The notes under the pieces were generated by a model. That model was not told the DNA's origin, made no database searches, and saw only the letters and a list, made by a program, of their open reading frames with translations. A program made the translations under genes and the position numbers. Positions 10,917 to 20,793 of a stretch of DNA of 64,000 nucleotides are shown here, piece by piece. Source of the stretch: Rhodosorus marinus CCMP1338 (taxonomy: Eukaryota; Plantae; Rhodophyta); assembly GCA_029953675.1 (NCBI GenBank), contig JAMWBK010000002.1:1550001-1614000 (forward strand), read 5' to 3'. Within the stretch, counting starts at the first letter, position 1. Every line of letters begins with the position of its first letter.

Positions 10917-11864
10917 TCATTTATGATCTTGACTGACTTTGTTTTCAAGAAGGTTGGGTGATAGGAGGTGGTTGATTTGGACTGAGAGTGCTTGGAGAAG
11001 AGGGTAACCTTGGTATTTGCAAGCGACTACGGCAAGGTATTCGTTCTCTGTCTGTTTGTTGTCTTGTGAGTCTCTGTACATTGAGTTCTCATTGTCGGAT
11101 GTTAGATTGATCAAATCTAGCAGCGACTTGCAAGAATCTTCGCATGAGAAGTCTGCAGGCCATGGTCCCCACATTTCCTGAGCCAATCGGTAGGCCTCCT
11201 CGTGGACGCTCTTAATCTCAGACTCCCTTTCCAGCAAAAGTCCATTCCGGCCCAGAGAGTGAACAGTGCAGAGCGTGTTGATGACTACATTGTACACCCA
11301 CTTCTTTCTCGACTCGACTATCGCGTCCTCTGACCATCTGAAGAAGGAATTTGAGTCCAACTGGGTGATCTGAGCCTCGATGTTGCTCTTTTCTGTGACC
11401 CCTAGTCTCCCCTCGAGACTGCCGAACACGATGTAGCCGTTGGGAGAACCCAGAGAAAATTCACTGGGTCCCAGTCGAAAGCTCCCAGCAAAACAGACGC
11501 CTTTACGCCATATCCATTCTCCATGCTTGCGAGCTAGTTCCTTCAGCTCCGATTCAATCGCTCCGTTCGACAAAGTAACAATCGGAATATTCCTCGGGAT
11601 CTTTTCAAGAACCGCTTCAATAGAAGCGACCAAGTCAAACGCCTTCACGGTCACGAACAGCGCTTCAACTTTCTTCAAGCTCTGAGAACTCTCCGGCTCC
11701 ATTTTCACAATCATATCCCATCCATGAAACTGAATCGATCTCGTCACAATACCAGACCGACCCAATAAAACAGGACGAAACCCTAACATCTTCAGCCGAG
11801 CCCCGGTCGCCGAACCTACTGCTCCGGCGCCCAAAATACCAACAAAACGACCGCCTACCACCAT
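10917..11864 (-). CDS. panE: 2-dehydropantoate 2-reductase (ketopantoate reductase, PanE/ApbA family), intronless
   Basis: Motifs are the Rossmann GILGAGAVG, FVTVKAFD, TLSNG, catalytic-Lys helix KKWVYNVVIN, NSMYRD and TENEYL. They are colinear with the PanE motifs VKAxD, LQNG, KxxxNxxIN, SSMLQD and TEIDxING. Confidence 0.85.
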   Translation of the reverse strand: MVVGGRFVGILGAGAVGSATGARLKMLGFRPVLLGRSGIVTRSIQFHGWDMIVKMEPESSQSLKKVEALFVTVKAFDLVASIEAVLEKIPRNIPIVTLSNGAIESELKELARKHGEWIWRKGVCFAGSFRLGPSEFSLGSPNGYIVFGSLEGRLGVTEKSNIEAQITQLDSNSFFRWSEDAIVESRKKWVYNVVINTLCTVHSLGRNGLLLERESEIKSVHEEAYRLAQEMWGPWPADFSCEDSCKSLLDLINLTSDNENSMYRDSQDNKQTENEYLAVVACKYQGYPLLQALSVQINHLLSPNLLENKVSQDHK

Positions 11865-12168
11865 GTTTCACATCTAATGCGATTCAAATTGTCCTCTTAT
11901 CCCTCTTCATACCTCCTCCACAGAACACCAAGCGCAGCCACGGCGAAACTTTCACACTAATGTTGTACAATCTCCTGCTATCCGTTTCCGTTCCCCATGT
12001 CGTTCTCGGATAACCAGACAACAAAACTATCATTCTAAGACTGCCCCGCTTGGGGTCACACAGTTTACTGCTGTTGGAATTCTGGCTCCGGCATTGAATA
12101 GGATTCTGGTTTGGAAACTTAGCAGTTTCTTGTTTGGTAGCCTGACAGATTGGCAACCTAACAGATTC

Positions 12169-12391
12169 TGTTGTGAGGAACTCCCCGGACAGACTGTATT
12201 GCTGGTAGTTTCACAATACTTTCACAGTACTTTCATTCCCTATTTTTAGATTGACGTTTAGCCTCCAACAATTACTTTTAGGTTACCGCAGGTTATAGTT
12301 TACAGTAACCACAAGACTATATAAGACCTAGCTTTGCTAGATCTCCTGACCTAGAATTGAGTAAGGACAAGTTGGTTGAGTAGTTCTAACA
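12169..12391 (+). repeat. Putative 5' LTR (about 220 bp)
   Basis: It starts TG (12169 or 12172), ends CTAACA at 12391 and contains TATATAA near 12318. A TGG-starting PBS-like sequence follows 3 nt later. There is no second copy in the window to confirm the boundaries. Confidence 0.55.
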
Positions 12392-12394
12392 TAT

Positions 12395-12409
12395 TGGTCT
12401 CATCGCCGG
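12395..12409 (+). promoter_or_regulatory. Putative primer-binding site TGGTCTCATCGCCGG
   Basis: It begins with TGG (complement of tRNA CCA), immediately after the LTR-terminal CA and upstream of the gag ATG. Confidence 0.55.
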
Positions 12410-12474
12410 AAGGAAAAGCTAAGTTGAGAGAGAACGAGAGGAGCACAACTTCAAAAAAAAAACAAAAAAAAACA

Positions 12475-13235
12475 ATGGCGACGTTTTCGATTCCCCAGCC
12501 TGCGCCTTACGACGGCAAGACGGACTTTGTAAGGGTGCAAACATTCTTGGCGTCGCTCCGCGGCTACTTGGAGTTCCATAACATAGCTACTTGGAGTCCC
12601 ATAACATAGCTGACTCTGGACGCCAGTCGGTACGCTACGCGGGTTTGTTTCTGCGGGACCAGGCGCAGACTTGGTACCATGGCCTTCCTCGGGTAGCGGA
12701 CGGATTACCCGAAGATTTCGACTCGCTGGACGACTTTGACCGAGCCCTGGGCGCACAATTCCAGCCTCAGGATCATGTGGAGAGGATAAGGGCGAAACTA
12801 CGAACCGCCCGACAACGTGACCAGGAGGTGGGCCATTTTGTAGACTACTTGGATGAACTATTCGTGCAATTGGGGGACGAAATTGCAGATTCTGAGAAAC
12901 TGGAGCGTTTCAAGGCAGGATTGACGGGACACGCAGGAGATTTCGTCTACTTCAGTCGCCCCCGGACGCATGCAGAGGCGAAGACGGTCGCGCTTGGCAT
13001 CGCAGGGGCGCGCGGAGGACAGGCGGGACCATTCACACAGCCGCTAACACAACCCCACCGAAAAACTTCAGGATCCCCTTCGGTTCAACCAAACCGACCC
13101 CACACTCGAAGCATGGGAGCGCCACCGACCTGCTACCTATGCCGCGAGGTGGGGCATATGAAACGAGATTGTCCGCAACGACTAGCCTATCTCCAGGCGG
13201 AGGTAGAGCGCCTGTCGCGGCTTCAGGAAAACTGA
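12475..13235 (+). pseudogene. gag: Gypsy gag, frameshifted by a 23-bp tandem duplication
   Basis: ATG at 12475 (MATFSIPQPAPYDGK). gctacttggagt(t/c)ccataacata occurs twice (12563-12608) and shifts the frame. Removing one copy gives a continuous gag to TGA at 13233-13235. Confidence 0.85.
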
Positions 13236-14442
13236 ATGACTCCGGGCGAGGGATGCCGTCCGAGAGTAGGACAACTAGCATCCCGCCCACCGTCGAGCTG
13301 CAACGACGGGGTAATATGCTCATAGCAGCAGGATCTATCGCAGGCAGACCAGTGGAGTGTTTGATAGACACTGGGGCTATCACTGCGATTCGGGAAAATG
13401 TGGTGGACGAGGTCAAATTACCCCGACGCTCGGATCCGCGCACATACGTACTGGCCGTTGACAACACAACCGTTACAAGCCCGAGTTCGACGACTGCGAC
13501 AGTCGAGTTAAGCGGAAAAACATTTGAAACCCCGCTGCGTGTATTTAAGGGTTTAAGTCACGATGTGTACATCGGCCTTGACTTCCTGAGACAACACGGA
13601 CTAACTCTAGACTGCAGCGCAAAGCCGCCACAGCTAGCGATAAAAGCAAAGGATCCAGGTTTACATGGGATCCCAATAACGGAATCAAAGGTGAAGGAGG
13701 AAAAGGGCACCGTGAAGGAGACGGTGCGGCTAACGGTCATGAACATCGAAGATGACATAGGGGAAAGCAACACCGACGAAGGGCATGCAGGGTTCGGTGA
13801 TAATAAGGAAAACGGAAAGGATCAGAGCAGCAAGGGAAAATGGTTTGGCGAGAACATCCACATTTTCCCGAATCGCAGTGATAGCCCCAGTGTCTATCAA
13901 ACACTCCACTGGTCTGCCTGCGATAGATCCTGCTGCTATGAGCATATTACCCCGTCGTTGCAGCTCGACGGTGGGCGGGATGCTAGTTGTCCTACTCTCG
14001 GACGGCATCCCTCGCCCGGAGTCATTCAGTTTTCCTGAAGCCGCGACAGGCGCTCTACCTCCGCCTGGAGATAGGCTAGTCGTTGCGGACAATCTCGTTT
14101 CATATGCCCCACCTCGCGGCATAGGTAGCAGGTCGGTGGCGCTCCCATGCTTCGAGTGTGGGGTCGGTTTGGTTGAACCGAAGGGGATCCTGAAGTTTTT
14201 CGGTGGGGTTGTGTTAGCGGCTGTGTGAATGGTCCCGCCTGTCCTCCGCGCGCCCCTGCGATGCCAAGCGCGACCGTCTTCGCCTCTGCATGCGTCCGGG
14301 GGCGACTGAAGTAGACGAAATCTCCTGCGTGTCCCGTCAATCCTGCCTTGAAACGCTCCAGTTTCTCAGAATCTGCAATTTCGTCCCCCAATTGCACGAA
14401 TAGTTCATCCAAGTAGTCTACAAAACGGCCCACCTCCTGGTC
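12819..14442. repeat. 585-bp inverted repeat (arms 12819-13403 and 13858-14442, 454-bp spacer)
   Basis: Both end-points sum to 27261. Gag, pol and antisense translations are identical in both arms except H/R, from a12835 opposite c14426. Confidence 0.95.
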
Positions 14443-14600
14443 TGATCCTTTCCGTAACCGGAAAGAATTTCCTCGCGTCTTCCAGGACACGGTACCGCTG
14501 CCACCGAGTAACCGACTACCATGTGCGATGAAAATTGAATTGGAACCTGGAACGTGTCCTCCCGCTCAGCGTGCCTATCCGATGTCACTTGTAGATCGGT
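13226..14600 (+). pseudogene. pol: Gypsy pro-pol, interrupted by an inverted insertion (13858-14442) and truncated near 14600
   Basis: The aspartic protease has the DTG motif. Joining 13857 to 14443 restores the frame (GENI-DPFRNRKEFPRVF). Confidence 0.8.
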
Positions 14601-15372
14601 GCGTCTACAAGGGGAGTTGATTTGCGGTAAAATTGAGTTTGACAGTCTGTCAAAAAAAAAACACTCAATTTTATGATTGACACTTTCTCCATTAACGCGT
14701 GTAGGTGATCCAAAATAATTTTAGATTCCCTTTTTGTTTTTGTCTTTTATCTATCTTGGATACCTACCCTCCTCTAGTTCTAATCCTAAGACGGAAGGTT
14801 GTAGCTTCCGTATTTATAGGCTTCCGGTTCATGTCCTGGGTTTGCTAGACTACTATTTTTAGATCTAGACTTGTCTATTATTAGCCTTGTTTTGGGCTAC
14901 ACTCCTGATGGCTGACTCGTTCGGTCAGGACGTAATAATGATTTTTCTATATGCATCCTGCAGGATAGACTTTGGCAACTAGGGCGATTAGGGTGACAAG
15001 TGCACGGACTGGGTATGCAATATTCAAGTCCGAGTAGTGATGGCAGGAGAGGACAGCGAGATACAGGGAAGAGAAATTTTGCAGATAAGACAAAAGTTGA
15101 AATTCTTGAGGCGGGTGAGTGTTCTCAAGTGGATTGTGTCTATTGCGTATTGGTGTGAGCTTCACCATCGAATCGTATAGAACGGTTAGCGGGGAGGAGT
15201 TTCAGGAAATCCGTATTGTTCGTGTCGAACCCTCTTTCTCCGGCGATTTTGGATCGACAAGGTTTCATAAAGTTTTACCTAAAGAACTCGATCTATGCTC
15301 TCAGACACTTAGGTTGTGTTTCTTGTAGCTTAGGTTTGGGATAATGGTTGGATCAAATCACCGCTTTTATAG

Positions 15373-15600
15373 GATGGACAAAGACATTTTTGGCATGCGC
15401 GGTTTCCCACCAAAAACCAGGGTCTCTGGGAGATCATCTCCGGAAAAGAATCCGAGAACCCCCAAGAAATCGCTTCCAATGAATGCCTTGACTGTACATC
15501 GGAGGACCCAGTTTCCAAGTTCTCGAAAGACTACCGTTCATTCCAAGCCAGGGACCTTGATATCCTCTGTTTCTGCTTTCTGTTTTCTGTTATCTCATAG
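15373..15600 (+). mobile_element. Ty1/Copia gag N-terminal relic
   Basis: It reads DGQRHFWHARFPTKNQGLWEIISGKESENP...YRSFQARDLDILCF. This resembles the Copia gag pattern W..R....L..QGLWEIVSG.E..P...KD.KAL..I. There is no start codon or continuation. Confidence 0.45.
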
Positions 15601-16112
15601 TTCAGAAAAAAACACATGTTATCCGCTCTTGTCCCATATTCCCGCCAAAAATGCCTGTGTGTGTTATCTGTTGTTATTGCACTACAAACCTGTTCTCTGG
15701 TAGCAAACCAACACTGTTCACACCAGCCTCTCCCCCGCTAGCAACGAAATTTGAAATAAACCAAGCCTCCCTTTCAATGGGGATAATATTAAACAATTAT
15801 TCAATATACATTCTAACGAATGAAGTACTTGAAAAAAGAGTTTCCATTCGTATAACTCGTTAACTGGAAATTAAGACCACGCGGCAACTGATTGTTCGTT
15901 ATTAATAACACTTGTCTCTATATTATTGTGTTAATATGAAATTTTAGTTTAAATGTGATTTTTGGTCGTTGGAGGGAAGATGGTTTTTAGTCGGGTCTGA
16001 TGGTGGGCCGGAGGATTTCAAGGAATGCTAGACTGGGGTTGACAGGGCTAGGACTGTGAGCGACACTGTACGGAGGTTTTCTTGGATTGGTTGAGGGTGA
16101 AGGTGATGATAG

Positions 16113-17381
16113 ATGTCAAGAGGAGCAGCAACTCGTGAGAACACTAGACGGGCTCTAGCTGAGTTTGATTTGATTGAGCCCGTTCATGTATGGGAGAAGA
16201 AGCGTTGTCAAGTACATCACGTCACGGTTAGGAAATGGATGAGATCTGAGAGGCGGGCGGAGCGTCTTCCTCCGCCTGTATTTGAGGAGCAAGTAGAGGG
16301 GAAGAAGAAAGAGGAGGAGCATGAGAAGGAAAAGGCACCTACCACAGATGGGGAACCGAAGCAGGGGGGTGAAGTCACGCCAATGGAAACGGACGGTGTG
16401 GTTGAAAATCTTGAACACAAGACAGAAGAACCTGAAGCTCAACGTATATCTCCTGTAGCGGCACCTGAGAAGCCTGAAGAGACAACTGAAGCCGCGCTTG
16501 GGATGGATTTGGACGAACCTGTCGAGCCGGCGGAGGCGGAATCCGAAGAGCCAGAGAAACCATTGGACACTCCTGATGATGTGCAAGCGGAGAAAGCTTC
16601 TGAAAGCGTGAAATCCGCTCCGTTGACTCCGGTGGCTGAGCTATCGGCTGAAAATGCTACGTTTGCACCGATCGTTTCAGAATCAAAGGCTCCGCCCAGG
16701 ACAGACCCAGATTTGATGAACAAGGAAGAGCCAATACTAGGATCCGACGACGAGAAGCCTGAGGAGGACGCGGCCGTATCTCAATTGGAGTCGCAAGCAG
16801 CAACTCCCGCAGAACCGGCACAAGAGTCATCGAGCAAAGTCCGCTTTGAACAGCAGCAAGTGGGCAATGATGCAGAGGTGAGGGTGACTCTCCTGGTTGG
16901 GCCGAAGGCCTCAATTGAATTCTGCGTTTTATGCTCAATTTCTATCTTATGCTTCTCGAATCAGCCAATGGAAAACGATGATAAGAAGGGACTGAACGGA
17001 GCTGGGGAAACTGAGAAGGTATCTGAAGATCCCGCAGAAACAATTGCAGGCGGAAATTCTGCACCGCTAGAGCCCGCGCCGGAGGCAGCCCAAGATCCGA
17101 TCCCTAACAGTGCAATCAAGGGCGAAGCTGAAGCAAAAGAAGAAATTGCTGAAACAAAGGAAGATAGTAAGCCTGAAGATTCAAAGGGGCAGGCGACGGA
17201 TGTCACGGGATCAAAAATACCCCCAGCTGATGGCACCGAGAGCATTCCCCACGCCGAACAAACTGAAGTCGTGAAAACAAGCAGCCCGAAGACCCGAAAT
17301 CCGAATCCGGATGCGGAAGTAGAATCTGCCATGACCAAAGACCAGGACCAGGATGCGGCGGATGTGCCGATTGTGGAATAG
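16113..17381 (+). CDS. BCL7-like SWI/SNF subunit with a long acidic disordered tail
   Basis: The N-terminus MSRGAATRENTRRALAEFDLIEPVHVWEKKRCQVHHVTVRKW matches the BCL7 N-domain pattern R.ETR.RAK.D.....EKV.KWEKK......L.I.KW. The rest is E/P/A/D-rich. A probable in-frame intron lies at 16878-16964. Confidence 0.65.
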   Translation: MSRGAATRENTRRALAEFDLIEPVHVWEKKRCQVHHVTVRKWMRSERRAERLPPPVFEEQVEGKKKEEEHEKEKAPTTDGEPKQGGEVTPMETDGVVENLEHKTEEPEAQRISPVAAPEKPEETTEAALGMDLDEPVEPAEAESEEPEKPLDTPDDVQAEKASESVKSAPLTPVAELSAENATFAPIVSESKAPPRTDPDLMNKEEPILGSDDEKPEEDAAVSQLESQAATPAEPAQESSSKVRFEQQQVGNDAEVRVTLLVGPKASIEFCVLCSISILCFSNQPMENDDKKGLNGAGETEKVSEDPAETIAGGNSAPLEPAPEAAQDPIPNSAIKGEAEAKEEIAETKEDSKPEDSKGQATDVTGSKIPPADGTESIPHAEQTEVVKTSSPKTRNPNPDAEVESAMTKDQDQDAADVPIVE

Positions 17382-17911
17382 TCCAGATGACCTACTTCGA
17401 GCGTCTTGGGGTTTCGCAATTGTGTATTCCCACGAAATCTCACATATCTGTGCATTCCTTTACCACTACTAACAACCAAAACCGCGGTCGAGCCCTTAAA
17501 CCACCGGGAATGAGACCGGACGGCACAATCAACGCCGAGTTGGAGACTATCTAAACTCACTCGCCCAGCCATCGTTGCCATCCAATTGCAAGTCGACCAA
17601 CTTACGTTCCATCTCACCACTGGCTTCCTGATCATACATGTGGCTAAAAACGATAATAAAACGTGTACAGCGACCCCAAAAACCTGCCCGACCCGAAGAA
17701 AGGTAGGAAGTCACCATGACTGAGAAACAGTAGTGGGCCATCTTCTGCAACAAGCGCATTCTTGACTTTGGCGCAAGCGACAAGATTCTACCCTGACAAA
17801 GGCATGATCTTTCCGGGGGCTAGGCTCCGATTTTTCGTTGACCCGATGACCTGCGTCCGTATGGTCTCAACGGAAAAGCTTCCGACAAGTGATACACTGT
17901 GTGAGTGCATC

Positions 17912-18962
17912 TCAAGCTTGGGCCTTTGTGATGTGGTCCAAGGAATAGCCTGCTGCTTTCGAAACGCTAAGATGACAGGGAAGAGAGATACCCGATTAGG
18001 TAAGATATTTCAGGATGTGCAGGAGCTGGAGTTGTAAACGGCTTACTTCGGATGCGGGTCTTGTTTGAGTATCCTGAGGGTGGCGAGTGCCTTTGGAGCC
18101 GTAAAGTTGGCAAGCGATTCTGCCAAAATCTGTCTTAAGATGAAGTTGTCTGATTCTGCAAATGCGGTAATGTGCTCCAAGCATTTTTCGTCTCCTAGTG
18201 CATAAAACGCGAACGAATAATTGTCGGAGAATTAGTGAGATACACACGCAGTCTAGTCTCGCCGGCGCACTGGATGGATATCCGTTGCATACCTATTTCT
18301 CCTAGGGCGCCTACTGCAGATATCTTCATATCGTCCAGACCCTTTGAATCCATGCTCAAAGCATGCAAAACAGCGTCATAGGCTGCGGGGTCCTTGAGGA
18401 TGCCCAAGCTCACGACAGCAGCACACTTGGCGGTCCAATGAGTCTCCTCGTAAACAGCTCTGATCAAAGTTGGGACTGCTCTTGGGTCATTCAAGTAACC
18501 CAAGGCCGCTAAAGCGTTTGCGCGGATCTCCTGCTCTACTTCCGAGTCAAGGAGGGTCATGAGAAGATCAAAACTTCTCGCATTTGGCTTATACCCCAAA
18601 GCCAGAGTCGCAAAATACAGATTATTCAACTCCTTCTCCCCGTCATCAAATACTTTGCACAGAATAGGCTCAGACTCTTCATTGGATAGGTCCTTTGTCG
18701 CGACCACCGCCCGCAGTCTGATCCTCGCTTCTGGACTATCCAACATCTCCATCAGCTCCTTTACCCTCTCAGCGTTCTCCGGACGTGACTCATTCTTCTT
18801 GGCAAACGGAATAACGTCACCGAGATCAGGTTCCACGCCCCTCCTATTCTCCTCCTCCGCTCTCAGAAACACAGCTTTCCTTGCCTTCTTGCACACACCA
18901 GTAACACCACCACTCCCACTTCCACCTTTCAGTATTTGAATTCCGGCAACAAACCCAGCCAT
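17912..18962 (-). CDS. NblB/CpcE-like PBS-lyase HEAT-repeat protein, plastid-targeted, 3 exons
   Basis: The transit peptide begins MAGFVAG. HEAT repeats read RIRLRAVVATKDL, EIRANALAALGYLNDPRAVPTL, KISAVGALGEIGDEKCLEHI and LRQILAESLANF. The layout is colinear with cyanobacterial NblB. Confidence 0.75.
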
Positions 18963-20793
18963 CTTTCTAAAGTTAAAACCAATTCCAAACGAAACAAAAA
19001 TCTGCAATAGTAGATCTCAAACTGTAATTGATCAATAAATTGTATTCCTCTCAAAGACCTTTAGAACTCTTCCACCTTAATCGTATGACTCCGTCTCCAC
19101 TTTTAGCAGTATCTCTCACCATCAACTTGCCAGCTCTATCTATATATCGTGTCCACGTCAATATCCATAAATCTCTTTTAAGATTCTTGAGGAAGACGAG
19201 CTCCTCTGACATTAAGAGCTCCTCAGTATTTAACTGAATGGGCATAAACCAGTGAGAAATCATTAATTTTGGTTTTGAAATAATGTTCTATCCTTATCCT
19301 AGAGGGAGACTCTTTCCTGTTTTCACTGAATAGCTTCGTGTGCGGTTGAATCGTTCCCTCCTGGACTAGGTTGGCTAGACTGGAGCAGAGACATCATTGT
19401 CATTTATGTCGGATGTGTAGAAGAGGTAAATCTCTCCTTTTTTCGTTTGTCTTTCTCCGTTGAAGATTGCGAAACGCGTGAGTTTGGATGTCAATGAAGC
19501 GGTTGCTCCTAGATTCGGTATAGCAGGGGAACAAAACCAGTCACTTAATCGTCTAAGGAACGCTCGCAGACAAGTTTGAGGACAGTCGTATCGCCAGTGA
19601 TCCAATCAAGCACTGTTCAGAGGCGGAGTTCAAAGTAGAACACAGCAATTTTCAGTGGAGTCTAAATCCTAAACGTCTGTGGGAGGGAGTATAGTTGAAC
19701 GCCCTCCTACGCCCACCGATCTGTCGTGTGTGAGGCACCTGTTGAGCCGTGTCTCCACTACCTCAACTCGCTTGAACGCGTAATTTTAATCAGAATATGA
19801 AAAACTAGTGTCCATTGACTTTGGAAACGATGGTGACTAAGCACAAGCCTGCGGATCGTTCTTCTTTTTGGGAAGCTGGTCGTCTTGATCAAGATGTCCA
19901 AATGTGTCCGTAGAACAGTAATTTATTCGCTTAGTAGAGCTAGGAGAATCTCTGGGTTGAGCTTTGATCACTCAACGTCCTGCGGTGGTGTTTTTCCTCA
20001 ACTGCTTGGAAGTGTCAGCAAATTCTTTTGCTGACCGGTTTGTTGAGAGTTTTCCGTTCGGTTGCTTCTCATGCCTTCTGGGCCTCTTTCAGGTTGTCTG
20101 TCAATTATCCTCTACGATTAGCCACCTAGCGTACCACTACAGGAGGTAAGTAGTCCTGCTGAAGAAACTGCAAGGTTTCGAGACTCCCCGAAGCGGTTTG
20201 GCAGGAAAGTCCTCTTAACGGACAGATATATCCCATTTTCTAAAGAGATGCGACATCTTGCGTTAGTTCAGTCCTCGTCTCGCTGAAAGCTACTATTCTT
20301 GGTGCATGCGAAGAACTTGCTGTATTCCGTGCAAGAGAATTGACCAGGAAGTCCATGACGAGCTACAGCAAAAATATATCGCGCAACAATTATTGAGAGC
20401 AACGTCATTGACTGACCAACCAATTGACATTGTGGAGAGAATCTTTCTCTACATCTGCACCCCTATGTTGAAACTCTAGTCGCTAAGGCGATTCGTTCGG
20501 CTGAGCAAGTTGAAGAGAGGTGTTCGGGTTTGAAGAAGCGGTGAAGATCAGAGATTTGCGTCTTCATTGTTCTGAGCTGAGGCCAGCTACTCATCAAAAG
20601 TGAAGTTGGAGTTCGTGAGCAGATTTGATTGTTCCCTACTGAGGCTCGGAGGGGGAATGGGAGAGCAGCTGCTGAACGGGTGAGGGTTCTGAAGGTGCGG
20701 TTGAGCGGTTTTAATCGTGTCGAGCAGAGCGTACCGGCTCGGATAGAATAGAAATTGGATCCAAAAAGTTCTCTGGGAGGGATACAGAAAGAA

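Larger units (their letters stand above)
12169..14611 (+). mobile_element. Truncated, rearranged Ty3/Gypsy LTR retrotransposon (5' LTR, PBS, gag, protease, start of RT)
   Basis: Gag has the CCHC knuckle CYLCREVGHMKRDC. The protease has LIDTGA and YIGLDFL in the -1 frame. An RT-proximal segment reads KEFPRVFQDTVPLPPSNRLPCAMKIELEPGTCPPAQRAYPMS at 14444-14590. No RT core, RNase H, integrase or 3' LTR is present. Confidence 0.9.

Noticed and set aside
14612-14935. Possible 3' LTR of the Gypsy element after a purine run (aaggggag)
   Set aside because: It does not align with the putative 5' LTR. It may be an unrelated LTR in reverse orientation, but that cannot be supported here.
19780-20450. Words like KLVSIDF and LVVLIKMSK resembling a Gypsy integrase
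   Set aside because: The matches are too short and in different frames, with no supporting zinc finger or DDE spacing.
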